From contig JAUCBJ010005793.1 in the NCBI GenBank assembly GCA_032718475.1, positions 1-39,577 of the forward strand: a DNA stretch of 39,577 nt, given 5' to 3'. Positions 1 to 11,463 of this stretch are shown here, one piece after another. Made by a program: the position numbers and the translations under genes. This DNA comes from Nemertoderma westbladi. Its lineage: Eukaryota; Animalia; Xenacoelomorpha. Under the pieces are notes generated by a model that was given only the letters and a program-made list of their open reading frames with translations, was not told where the DNA came from and ran no database searches. Numbering within the stretch: position 1 is the first letter of the stretch; each line of letters starts with the position of its first letter.

Positions 1-439
1 CCAGTTCTCTTTGTCAGCCTTGCGTGCCATTGCGGAACAGGCAGATAGAGGGTATTGATTGCAGGATTGAGTATTTAAGTTCAGTATGTATTTGCAAGTA
101 TTGGTCTGAGCCAGACTTAGGTAGGCAGTCAGCAGTAGCAGTACATTACAGCCATACTACTGTAATCTCTCACAACTAACCCACAGTGTTGACATCATTC
201 TCGAGATATCGGTCAAATCAACGAATCACACGAATTTTCAAATTATCTCATTTTTCTGGTCATTTTGCTCATCGCGATATGTATTAAATTCACAACTATG
301 ATAATTTTCACAATTTACTGCTAAATATGGGACCATTTAGATGTTTCTCAGGTAATTTGGTGGTGCTGAGTTCAAAAATGATGTAAAGAAATACTCAAAA
401 CGAAGTCAAATTCAGTTTATATTAAAGATCCAATTAACT

Positions 440-852
440 ATAATTCATTAATAGAAATTGAATAAGTTCGACCTGGAGGTTGTATCTTTAGGAGGATATT
501 GGAACCCAGCATTTATCTACCTTGGGAGGCCAGTAAAATGTTTGTGCCCCTGAAGAACCTGGTGGGTACATAAAGCTAATCCAATCAAATAATCTGAATG
601 TTCATCAGAGTCCATCAGAAGTCCAATCCACCACCCTTCATCGTATCTACAGGCTGCATAGTCCATGGATGTTAACTTTATATTATGTCCCTCTACTTGC
701 TTTAATCCGAAGGTGTGGCTGTGAGAAATTTCTTCATCAATGCTGGTCCGTTTTAGTTTAATTACAGTCTTTGACTCAGGAAGAAACTGATGGTAAGACC
801 GAGTCCCAGGAACTGTTTTTGCACTATCTAATCGACTTTTTAAAAATCCCAC
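440..852 (-). mobile_element. C-terminal fragment of a DNA-transposon transposase (Sola2-like, tentative), frameshifted
   Basis: ORF 517-852 has VPGTRSYHQFLP and YAACRYDEGWWIGLL. After a frameshift it continues FMYPPGS...FYWPPKVDKCWVP, a motif series I associate with Sola2-type transposase C-termini. The superfamily call is from memory only. Confidence 0.5.
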
Positions 853-899
853 TGGGCTTTAAGGCCCAGTTTCATTGCATCCACCTTATTGCATCACCC

Positions 900-2062
900 A
901 TTTGCATATGAGGTAAATAAAGGCCAGCAATAAAACTTTAAATTTCGTAGTGATGACTGCAGACGTTTCAGTTTAATATGTAAACCATTCTCAATGCACA
1001 AATAATAAATAAAGCTAAGTATTACAACGGGCAAACAAGGCCTACAATAAATTTACCGATAAAAATAGGAAAAACAGAATTTTATATAATTTTATGACCA
1101 AGTAGAAAATCAGTCAAGGAATGCAGGAGACAGTACCATAGCTACGAAAGGGGGGGGGGGGGGGGGACTGAAAGGGGGCCTTCAAGATTTTAAGTGGAAT
1201 AGAGTGAACTGTGTGTTGAGGGTCGGTCTGAGCTTCGTAATTAACAACATTTCTTTTACATGGAGTTCAAAAGAATTTCTGGCTGAGCCTATAATACTGA
1301 AGTCAGTAGCTCTGATAGGATGATCACATTCGATAGAATGATTGAATACTGCTGAGTCATGGGGTGGACTAAAACGGTCTGTAGAGTATGATATACCAGA
1401 ATGCTCCACTATGGGGCTTATTGTGAAATGTCTTTTAATAAGTCCAATATAGGAGTCAGGTAGAGAATATTCGCATGCATGTGTTGTGGCAGTTGTCTTT
1501 ATAACTGAACATAGAGGAAATACGGTAAGATGGTTCAAATACAATTTGTAAATTATTAAAATAAATGTTATGGCTTTCAGGCGTGTTATTTATTTTTGCC
1601 ATTAAAGAGGTATGTGAAAGAAAAGTTCTTGTAGCACAATCAAATAACTGCTTCGGACACCCATTCATATATAAAATTACTTTCAGTTTCTCTAGTTGGA
1701 CGTCGAAAATATAAAAGTAGAACAAATCCTGAAAATTCTAGAATTCAAGGTCAAAATAAGGCTAAATTTATTGGACGGGAAAAAACTATGGAAGTTGGTA
1801 TACAGACCAGTGTTAGTGGGTTTACGGTAAAGTGTAGTTTCAAACTCGAAATTGTGATTTTGGGTAACCAAAACATCGAGAAAAGATAATTGGGAGTTTC
1901 TCCACACTTACATAGTGAACTTAATGTTACTATGTTGCGAGTTTAGATAATTTAGGAAAAGTTGAGCTTTGTTAAGGTCATCAAAGACTACGAAAGTGTC
2001 ATCCATATATCTTCTGTAGAACATGGGCTTGAAAGTAGTCAGGCAATTATCTAGCTATCCAA
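900..2062 (-). mobile_element. 5'-truncated, decayed Penelope-like retroelement (RT C-terminus, GIY-YIG endonuclease, 3' UTR)
   Basis: Minus strand reads FYRRYMDDTFVVF (~1990-2025), LSFLDVLV, LYRKPTNTGLYTNFHSF, then GIY-YIG part YIGLIKRH...SAVFNH...KEMLLITKLRPTLN, ending at 1182. Multiple frameshifts. Confidence 0.9.
958..998 (-). ncRNA. Minimal (variant-core) hammerhead ribozyme in the PLE 3' region
   Basis: Minus strand: TGCA-TTGAGAAT-GGTTTA(catat)TAAACT-GAAAC-GTC-TGCA, i.e. stem I, variant CUGANGA core, 6-bp stem II, GAAA, palindromic ACGT and a GUC cleavage triplet. It lies ~185 nt downstream of the GIY-YIG stop, where PLE hammerheads are known to sit. Confidence 0.65.
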
Positions 2063-4075
2063 CTTCTTTCTTGGCTAAAAAAGCATTGGCCTCAACCATT
2101 GGTACAGCTGGACCACTACTCCCCCTTCTTCGCAAGAAAAATGATTTCATTTGGGAGGATGAACATGAAAATGCCTTCAATGCAGTCAAAAGTCCCTATT
2201 CTTGCTAATTTCGACCCCTTCCTTCCAACTATACTGCAGACTGACACCTCCCACAATAACGGCTTGGGGTATGCTCTGTTGGAGTACCATGGTGATACAC
2301 ATCACCTCATATAATGTGGCTCACGCTTTGTCACAGAAACTGAGTCCTGCTATGCAACAGTGAAATTAGAACTGCTTGCTGTCTGTCGCCTGGAGCCTCA
2401 AGAAATGCTGTTTGTTCGTTGCTGGCCTGCAATCATTTGAAGTTGTCACTGACCACCGCTCTTTAGTTACGATCCTAAATCAATATACACTCGATGAGGT
2501 CGAAAACCCATGCCTGCAGCGCTTGAAAGAACAGATAATGGCATACAACTTCCAAGTGGTGTGGACCAGTGGTAAGAGCCATTGCATACCAATCTCCTAC
2601 CAGTGACCCAACACCAGACAATCTTGAGGATCAGGAAGATCTCACCTATGGCCACAAAGTTGTCTGCAGCCTCGTGGCCACTGCTGAGCATGATGAGCAC
2701 TTGGCTGACTCAATGTTGGACAGTCTTGAACATACTGCATCTGATGATGACCAGGACTACCAGGAGCTCATCAAGGCAGTAATTAATGGCTTTCCCCATA
2801 AACCACCACCATCAATGGCACCATACACTAAACACCTTGACTCACTTAGTATTGAAGGTGGCCTGGTCCTACATAATGGATGTATCATCATCAGCAGGTA
2901 AAGAGATGCTGGATAAACTTCATTTGTCTCACAAGGTATAGAATGGACCAAACGCTGGGCCCACCTTGCCATATATTGGCCTAGGATTACAAATGACATC
3001 AGGACAACAGTTGAATCCTGCGGAAAGTGCAAGCACTCCCAAGCCAAGCTCACGAGCCTATGTTTTCTGAAGTCCAACCAACACGACCATTTCAAACAAC
3101 ATCAGCTGACTTATTCGACCATGGTGGGAAATCCTATCTTGTCTATACTTGCCGTCTCTCTGGATGGCCCACTATCGACATGTGGTACCGCAGCCCTTCT
3201 GCCAAGATGGTTACAGCCGCATTACCACCACACTTCATGGATCTCGGTGTCCCAACCAAGATTCGCACTGATGGCAGTCTTCAGTTTAACTCATGACTTC
3301 CGTGAATTCCTGCATCGCTGGGGTGTCTGAACAGACCCATCATCACCCTACAATCCATCTAGCAATGGGCACGCAGAGGCTGAAAAGGCAATGAAAGGAC
3401 TGATCACCAAGACTGGAGGACTCAACAAACAGTTTTGCTTTGGTATGTTGGAGTGGCGCAACACTCCCAACTCCAGTGGATTCTCCCTTGCCCAAATCCT
3501 ATTTGAAGCACCATTACAGTCTCTGGTACCCGCACAACATACAACCTATGTCTCTTCAATGCAGACAGCTGCTGATGCAATAGACAATCGTGCTGTTGTT
3601 AAGGAAGTTGAACGCATTCATTTTAATAAGGGTCCCCATCCACTAAAACCCCTTCATATTGGTGACTGTGTTATATTCCAGGACCCTACTACGAAATCCT
3701 GGGGTCGTGAAGTTCTGGTGACATCTATCGGATGCCACCATGACTACTGGGTGCGACTATCCAGGGGGTGTACACTCCGCCGTAACCATCGTTTCTTATT
3801 CCCCAACACCACCAACTTAGGGATGGAGCGCAACCTAGCAGCCTTCAAACACAAACTGCTAATGAATGCCATATTCACTTCAGCACAATCCCTGGAGGTG
3901 ATCCAGCCACGTCATGATTCCCTCACTTGGAAAATCCCACATAAACTCAACCTGCGACTGTGAGCTTTCACAACTCCCCTAACTATATTTAGATATTACT
4001 GAAAGCTAGAAAGGGGGTGTAGAGATATAGAGGTACTGTATATCAGGGCATTGCCTATATCGTATATACTCAAAT
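2062..4075 (+). mobile_element. Decayed Ty3/Gypsy LTR retrotransposon: RT end, RNase H, integrase, PPT and start of 3' LTR
   Basis: RNase H: LQTDTS..GLGYAL, ELLAVAWSL, FEVVTDHRSL. Integrase: YWPRITNDI..CGKC, ADLFD, IRTDG, SSPYNPSSNGHAE, LEWRNTP, LRRNHRFL. Polypurine tract AGAAAGGGGG (4008-4017) is followed by TG at 4018. Many stops and frameshifts. Confidence 0.92.
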
Positions 4076-4437
4076 ATACTGATGATATACTGGTGACCGA
4101 ATTTCATGAGGCAGTTACGAATGCAGAAGATCTTATAGGTTTTATTGGTGGATTTGACCATGTGATGAAATACCAAGATAAAGATTACCTGGTTACAAGT
4201 TTACTCAAATTCATTGTTGTGGATGGCGTCCAGTCCATGGGCCTCTTGAACAGTAACCTGCTATCAATTAATTTTCTTATGAGTAATTCAATTAATTTAT
4301 GATTTACAATTATAATTATCAATCAATCTTTATTCTATTTAATCATCTATCGTTAATGTCTTTTTATGTTTTGAATAAATTGTCTCTATTCTTTATTTGA
4401 TTGTTTGTCTATTCAGTATTAAATAAAGTATATTTGA

Positions 4438-5150
4438 TTATTTATAATAGACAGTGACACCCAATTTTCCCCTATCATGCTTAATGTTGAGGTCCAGAAA
4501 AATTGCTTCGCTATTAGAAAAGTCCATTGTAAAGTCAATTCCTTTCTTTCCCAATACTGCCATACAACCATCTGCATAGCATTGTTGTATATAATCTTTC
4601 TCAGTAGTGCTTAAAATACCTCTAAACACAGCCTCACCATCATCCAAGAATGTTTTAAAATAAATTGCACTATAAAAAGTAATCAAGTTAATAATGTGTC
4701 AGTGGATCCTGTCCTGTTAACACAGCTAGAGCTTTGCCATATGGGATCCCCATAGCCACACCCCTTAAAAGTAAATATAAAATACCACGATATGCAAAAT
4801 AATTATGTTCCAGCAGAAATTTCATAATTAACAGAACCTGACACTTAGAATAACTCTTGAGTCATGTAGAATGTCGTAGTTTTCATCTAGAACAGCTGAA
4901 ATAGCATCCTTCGCTAGTTTTACTGAGATGGAGGGATACATGTTGACTACTAGTTCTTTAAGAGTCTTCTTGAGTTTGGTGGTGAATTTGTTCGAATTTG
5001 TTTGAATGTGCTCGTCGGATTGAATGGTAGTTGTCGGTATGATTCACCATTGTCCAAAGATCTGCATATTTCTTTATCCTTGATCTCCGAGTCAATGATA
5101 AGGACATTGCCAATCTTGTCCCCTTTGATGACAGCAAGAGTCCGTTTTTA
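4438..5150 (-). mobile_element. Decayed PLE reverse-transcriptase fragment, second family
   Basis: Minus-strand motifs in RT order: IKGDKIGN (~5110-5135), VVNMYPSIS (~4925-4950), GVAMG (~4748-4762), FLDDG and IFLDLNI..GKLGVTVYYK (ORF 4438-4686). Confidence 0.75.
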
Positions 5151-5225
5151 AAGTCTTTAAGGCTTTATAATATATCTTTATTTATTATCTTTTATATTCT
5201 TAGCATCCCCAACAGCTGTATAGAG

Positions 5226-5341
5226 TTCGGAACCATCCCACCCGTACTGTTGTTAAAGATGCGATGGAATATACCACGAACTACACTGCGTTTGTAAGCC
5301 TCAGGGGACTCTTTTTTTTATTTTTTAAACTAAAAAGCAAC
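5226..5341. repeat. 116-bp direct repeat, left copy; PLE RT-thumb-derived sequence plus T-rich linker
   Basis: Near-identical to 8025-8140 with a few differences. Minus strand encodes AYKRSVVRGIFHRIFNNSTGG and is an inverted homologue of the PLE segment at ~8350-8440. Confidence 0.9.
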
Positions 5342-6619
5342 CAGCTGATACTATAAAATTATTCTTATTATTTTTTATTTATTCTACCCTGTTTATTTAA
5401 TCTATGTATGTAATATTTTACTTCTGATCTTTGGTGGATCATTTTACTGTACAGTATGTGCCGGTACTTATAGTATTAGTATATAGTATTGATATATTTG
5501 TTTTATATTTTATGTATCTTTTGTATCTTTTAATATATGTATATTTATTTGGTTTTTAATTTAGTATGACTTGGATATTACAATAAGTACATAGTAGCCT
5601 ATTCATATTATAGATTATATTATTATTATTGTTATTGTTTTATGGATTATTCTACTTTAGCAATTTAGTTCCAACGTATTTGTCATTAGTGAATTCTCGA
5701 TATTTGTTCGTTTGTTAGATACTCAATATATTACAGTATTAATTGTAGGCCTATAGTCTAATTTAATATTTAGTAAAATATAATACTTAATATATTTATT
5801 AATTCAAAGATCTCAAGAAATTGGAAATGACTTAAATTCACTATAAATTATAGACTATAAATTATAAACTATAAATTATAAAAGCACGTGTATTTTAAAT
5901 ATTTATGATTAGATGTGATTATACAGTATAATTATTATATAACAATAGTATGATGTACATATTTTTTAATAGTAGGCCCTATAGAAATGGAAATGGAAAT
6001 TGACTACTAAGTAAAAACACAGTAAAACATCACACTACTAAAACGAACCGATATTAAAAGATTTCTCTTAAAAAAATGATCTCTAAAAATGCATTCTAAA
6101 ATGACTCTTTCCTTACCTATATGCTAAGAATTGGGGTAGGCCTACAGGGGTTGTTTAACTACTTATCTGTATTAATCTGTCACAACTATGACATTTGTAA
6201 CCATGCTGAATACTTATGACGTAAAAAATAAACAAATTAAAGTGTAAACATTAAAAATTTTAAGGAAATTAGTATACAGTAGGCCTATTAATTAATAAAA
6301 ATATAAACAGTAATTAGGCCCTATGTATGTATGTATGCAGGTATGTATGTATTTATTTATTAAGTTTATTATTTATGTATTTCAGTATTTATTTTGTTGA
6401 ATATTGAATCCGGTAATCAATACAGTAATAGGTTACTACTGTACTACAGTCAGACAGTACTACTAACTGCAACTCTAACTGCAAACTGAACTGTCTAAAT
6501 TTCCTGTTAGTGATCCTACTGATGTACCAGCTCTCGTCAAGCTGTCAAGGCTGTATCGTCAAGCAGTCAAGGCTACTCAGCTACTGCAGTAGCCTGCTGA
6601 TGATTCAAGGCCTAGCTGC

Positions 6620-8035
6620 CTAGGCATCCGCTTGAGTTCCGGACGTGCTTTGACCGTTATCTGAGCGTATAGGCCTATTACACCCAGGCATCGTTGTTCC
6701 GCCGGGGTTTGTTGAACAGTCCCGGGTAAGCCTGTCCGTGGTAGTAGATCGGCTGGTGGTGTTTCTGGGGGAGGCGCCGCTGATGAATAATATCTCCCGC
6801 ACCTCGCGGACAAGGGGGTCCATTGGTGCCAACTTGCGCTGGGCTGGGAGTGCTACCGGTGCCATCGGTGTCACAGACACGATGTGGATAGTGGGGGCCG
6901 AGGGTAGCTCTTCCTCTACTACAGTACCTGTCCGGGTTTCAACCACCCCACCACAAACCAGCCGCCGCCGAACTTGCACTGATGGCGAATATTGCCCTTA
7001 GTCGCCTCTGTATCGTAGGTCGTTACGCTGCCGGCGAGCGACGACTCCGTCACAAATACTTTCGTGAACGCCCGCGAAACGAAGGGCTCCACATCTAGCC
7101 CCCCCAGCTCCGGGGCAGAGATTTGGACCTTGAAGGCCCAGGCCGGCTGGGACGTGGTGGTCCAGCAGCTGCAGTTCAGTCCGTTCTGAGAATTGCAGAA
7201 GGGGCCACGACAGACCTCGTCCGCGAACTCCACCCGCCACACAGAAATGTTCTTTGTTGAAACAGAAAAGGAGGCGAACTTCGTGGAGTCGTACACCGGC
7301 CGAATCGCGAACTCCTTTAAATCGGTCGGCGAATCCGACAGGGGGAGAATGACCTCCTCGGTTGATAAAACCGCGAAGTTTTTCTCCCCCTCATACTCCG
7401 GGTTGACTATAGCGACCGTGCTGACAACGCGCATGCGGCTGGCGAAATATAGGAGTCTGGAAAACTCCATTGGGCGTCTCATGATCACTGCGAACACCTT
7501 GTTGGATGCGAAACATCTAAGTAATTCAAAAAAATTGTTTATATATAGTTTGTTTGTAGGCCTAGTAGTTTATAGTGTTTATAGTTTGTATAGTAGTTTA
7601 TTGTTTGTAGTAGTTTATATTTTTATAGTATTTTTTAACAGTTGAGTTAGCTAAATTATAATACACCAATTTTTATATTATAATATCCAAATTGCTTTTT
7701 ACAATTAGAACAAAATTTATAGTATATTAATAGTAGTACCGGTAATTGTTAGTAGTAAGTACTGAAGTGTATTTATTTCTATAGATTAATAAAAAGTAGT
7801 AAATTTCAACAAACCTGCAGAATATAAGTCTAGAGTAAGTGAGTTCTTTCTTAGCTATCTTATGGCCGCCTCTTTTTGCTACAGCCACGGTTCCCGGTTT
7901 CGCCACATTTAGTATCTGACATGATATTCGTATATCATCTTCCTCGTCTTCGCCACCAACGAGTTGCGGGACGGGAACAGTGGCAAACCCATTTCCTAGC
8001 AATATTCCGATATTCGCTTCCACATTCGGAACCAT
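6620..8035 (-). pseudogene. Two-exon uncharacterised protein gene (putative OB-fold/zinc-ribbon protein) with one 5-bp frameshift
   Basis: Exon 1 8035-7815, GT-AG intron 7814-7517 (AT-rich), exon 2 7516-6620. Splicing joins YSRLIFC-R-CFASNKVFAV in frame. Removing 5 nt of TACAGTA (6920-6926) joins GWLKPGQV to VEEELPSAPTIHIVSV. Exons are much richer in GC than the flanks. Contains CRGPFC-x7-CSC. Confidence 0.7.
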
Positions 8036-8140
8036 CCCACCCGTACTGGTGTTAAAGATGCGATGGAATATACCACGAACTACACTGCGTTTGTAAGACT
8101 AGAGGACTCTTTTTTTTATTTTTTTAAACTAAAAAGCAAC
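8025..8140. repeat. 116-bp direct repeat, right copy
   Basis: Matches 5226-5341. It supplies the ATG (8035, minus strand) of the adjacent spliced ORF. Confidence 0.9.
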
Positions 8141-8149
8141 AAGACCTAG

Positions 8150-9716
8150 ACATTGCATGCAATCAGTAACGACCCCACTGAGAAGCTGAGAGATGCCCTC
8201 TATCCTAATCTCAAGTTTACCCTTGAGATGGAGGTGGAGGGCCACTTGTCCTTTCTTGATTTGGTTGTCACTCGGGTTGACTATGCTCTTTCAACTGCGT
8301 GGTATCCCAAGCCTACAGATACTGGGGTCATTCTCAATGCCACTGCATATATACCATCGCATCTTTAATGCCAGTAAGGGTGGGAAATGGTTCCCAACTC
8401 TATACTGCTATTGCTATTGGGGGGATGCTAAGAATATTCTTAGCAATGAGCAATAGACTAATGCTGTGGTCGAGCATGAGCTAGCTGCAGTTCAAGCGGC
8501 TAGGGGGCGTGCAAGTAGTGATTCTGGGGGCGAGGCACTAATAATTGTTCCCACCAAGGTCAGCGACCCGGTGGACCAAGCAGCTGCAGATGATTCAAAG
8601 GGGGCTCTTACACTTTGCCGTGCCATTATAGCAATTTTGTGATATAATAAAATGATCTTAAAATATTTGTTCTAGAACAAAATAATTTCTATATTAAATG
8701 AATAGATAATATGTTGTAGAACATTTAAAAAAAGTAACAAAAACTAGCTGGTATAAAAAATTTATACAAAGATAACATACAATAAAAAATTAATATAATT
8801 AACAAATTAGCTAGTGCTAGTTCTAGAAAATTTAAAAAAAAAATGTAACAAAAACTAGAGAGTATAAAAATTTTATACAAAGATAACATACAATAAAAAA
8901 TTCAAATAATTAACAAATTAGCTAGTGCTAGTTCTTGAACATTTAAAAAAAGAAACAAAAACTAGCTAGTATAAAACATTTATACAAAGATAACATACAA
9001 CAAAAATTTATATAATTAACAAATTAGCTAGTGCTAGTTCTAGAACATTTAAAAAAAAAAAAAAGAAACAAAAACTAGCTAGTATAAAAAATTTAAACGA
9101 AACAAATTGTAATTGTTCGTAGAGTATATTGCAATCTAAATAAAATTATATTGAATATATAGGTGGCACGGTAAACTGTAAGAGAGCCATTCAAATCCCA
9201 TATCTGTAATGAGGTCAGGCAACCAATCTGTTTGTTCGAAAGTTGCATGGGCTATTATACCTAGGTCTTGAATGGCCTGTTTGGTTCGTTTTCACTACAT
9301 CAAAACTGAACCACTCACTCCCATCTCTAAAACATCCCTTCCCGGATATCCTTGTGTCTAATGTCGTTTACTCTTTCACTTGTCCCTCTTGTAAGGGAGA
9401 ATATGTTAGACACACCATCCAACACTTGTTTGAACGCATTCGACAGCACCAGGATGGGATGGTGAAGGATGGGAGCAAACAGGGTAAGACTGTGCACAAC
9501 CTCATCATGACACACTGTGGCGAGCCCAATACACGTTGGCTGACTGACTGGCGTGAATTGTTTAAACATTTCAAAGTAATTGCTGGACACCCATTTCAGC
9601 CAGTCTTGCAAAAGCTTGAAATGTATTACATTCAAACACACAAGCCCGCTATCAACAAGCAGAAACGTGATTGGCCTAAATGTGTGATTGGCATAAACGG
9701 TTGGCTGCTGAGTTAG
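8150..9716 (+). mobile_element. 5'-truncated, decayed Penelope-like element (RT end and GIY-YIG), interrupted by a DNA element
   Basis: LYPNLKFTLEME..LSFLDL..WYPKPTDTG, HRIFN, then GIY-YIG NVVYSFTCPSCKGEYVRHT..LFERIRQH..LEMYYIQTHKPAINKQ. Confidence 0.9.
8601..9188. mobile_element. Non-autonomous TIR element (Merlin-like, tentative) with internal ~108-bp tandem array
   Basis: Left end GGGGCTCTTACACTTTGCCGTGCCA versus reverse complement of right end GGCTCTCTTACAGTTTACCGTGCCA. Flanks ATTCAAAG/ATTCAAAT (7/8 TSD match). About 3.5 AT-rich tandem units start near 8717, 8824, 8935 and 9041. Confidence 0.8.
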
Positions 9717-10901
9717 TTTTCCAAGCGGCGTCAAGAAGATAGGTACTGCACTGTTGGCACATCCTGGGGCTGACGGACACTGGCTGTCACTCATCCTGGA
9801 CTTGACCTTGCATCGTTTGCAAAAAGTAGCGGCAGCCACACTCTTTAAATCACTTAGCTTTAAGTAGACCTACATGTCTGCATGTGTGCAGTGCACTTCT
9901 TGCTGGTCCGCAATGCCTACTCTCTAAAATCACATCGGATTATTCTCCATAGGAATCCATTACATACGCACATACGTGTATGTACGTACATACGGATACA
10001 GCAAATGCATACGGATACGGATACAGTGAAAGATATACCCGCTGACTGTGTCGTTCTGTACAGTAGCAGTACGCGGTGTCAAGCTGTTTAACTAAGCTGT
10101 TTAAGCTAAGTTGTGTCAAACTAAGCGTTTAAGCGGTGTCATATGTTATATTTAATGTATCATCTTAAAGTATCGTTTATTGTTTTGGTTAGAAAAATAT
10201 GGTCCTGAAACCTGCTCCTTCCCTCAATTATTATGGTATATGGTGAGTCTGGCGCAATTACCTCGCGAATGCTTGCAGTTAGAACTTAGGCTGTTGTTCC
10301 ATACCGGTAGTGGCTCACTGTCCTGAGGATGTCATATAACCATCATATTGTCAATAAGATAATGCAGGTATTGGTTTTACTTTATCTTAATGTGGAAATA
10401 AAAGTAGGATTAAAGTTATTACATTGTCTTGTTGGAGCAGATTATTAAAAATAGTTCGAAAATGAACAGATTATTTTAAAAAAAAAGGTTGACATTTAAT
10501 GAAGAAGTGATGTAATTTAAACGTATTATTTACATATTATTTCAGTATTTCTACAGTAGGCCGCCTGTTATACTATCATCTACTGATTACCGACTGTATC
10601 ACATAAGGGCACTTTGAATACGTTATAATACCAATGCATCAGCGTCTCAATATGGACAATTTGATTTTACAACTCAAACATTATAGTTAAATATACAAAA
10701 TATACTGTACCTACCTCTACATAACCATGGAATGCTATATTAAGACGGAACCACTTTAATATGATGATACGTTAATGTGATTCCACAGAGACCACCGTAA
10801 TTTTTGGTTTATGATGTACACAATACACATAAGATAAGTAAGTAATGTTAATGTATCAAATATAAAATGAGGGTCATCGCACTCACCAAATATATATTCC
10901 T

Positions 10902-10915
10902 GTTTCCATGGCAAC
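10902..10915. promoter_or_regulatory. RFX X-box consensus palindrome GTTTCCATGGCAAC, overlapping a CCAAT
   Basis: Full match to the X-box consensus GTHNYYATRRNAAC. Function and target gene unknown. Confidence 0.35.
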
Positions 10916-11463
10916 CAATTTGCTTCTTTTTTGGACAAATATATATTTGGACTGCAGCATAACCATTGATTGTAATAGTTTCGAAAATAAATTGGAGACT
11001 GATTATTCATTAATCTATATAATTAATAAAGAATAATGCGCATAACCTCATGGGGACAAGGTACAACACCTGTAAACCTAATACATCATGCATTGGCTGC
11101 CACAATTTCACCATTGTGAATCCCTGTTACAAAAGCAACAGCTGAAATATAGGGGCCTATGATATATAGAATATAATACCTAGCTTAAATTAGACTCAAC
11201 ATTCACCTTCTACATCGAATATGGCTTTTCATAATTCATCGAATATGCAAATAGTGGTTTCAACATTACTTACTTATATCATAATCACTTAGTACTTGCT
11301 TACATCATAAGCCAAAAATCAGGGTGGTCTCAGGGGTAGCACACTGTTATGATTCATCTCTATTTAGCACTCCACACCATCAGAAAAACTTACAAGCAAA
11401 CAAACTCCTCATACAATGCAAATGGGAAAAATATTATTAGCAAACTCATAAGATAAGATAATA

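Noticed and set aside
182-220. CACAGTG heptamer (RSS/Transib-like terminus)
   Set aside because: No nonamer at 12 or 23 spacing, no partner end or TSD, and no Transib/RAG-like coding sequence.
1150-1167. Long G/C homopolymers (also ~23390, ~25087, ~35842) as functional G-quadruplexes
   Set aside because: They lie in TE or repeat-like DNA, homopolymer lengths are unreliable, and there is no independent support.
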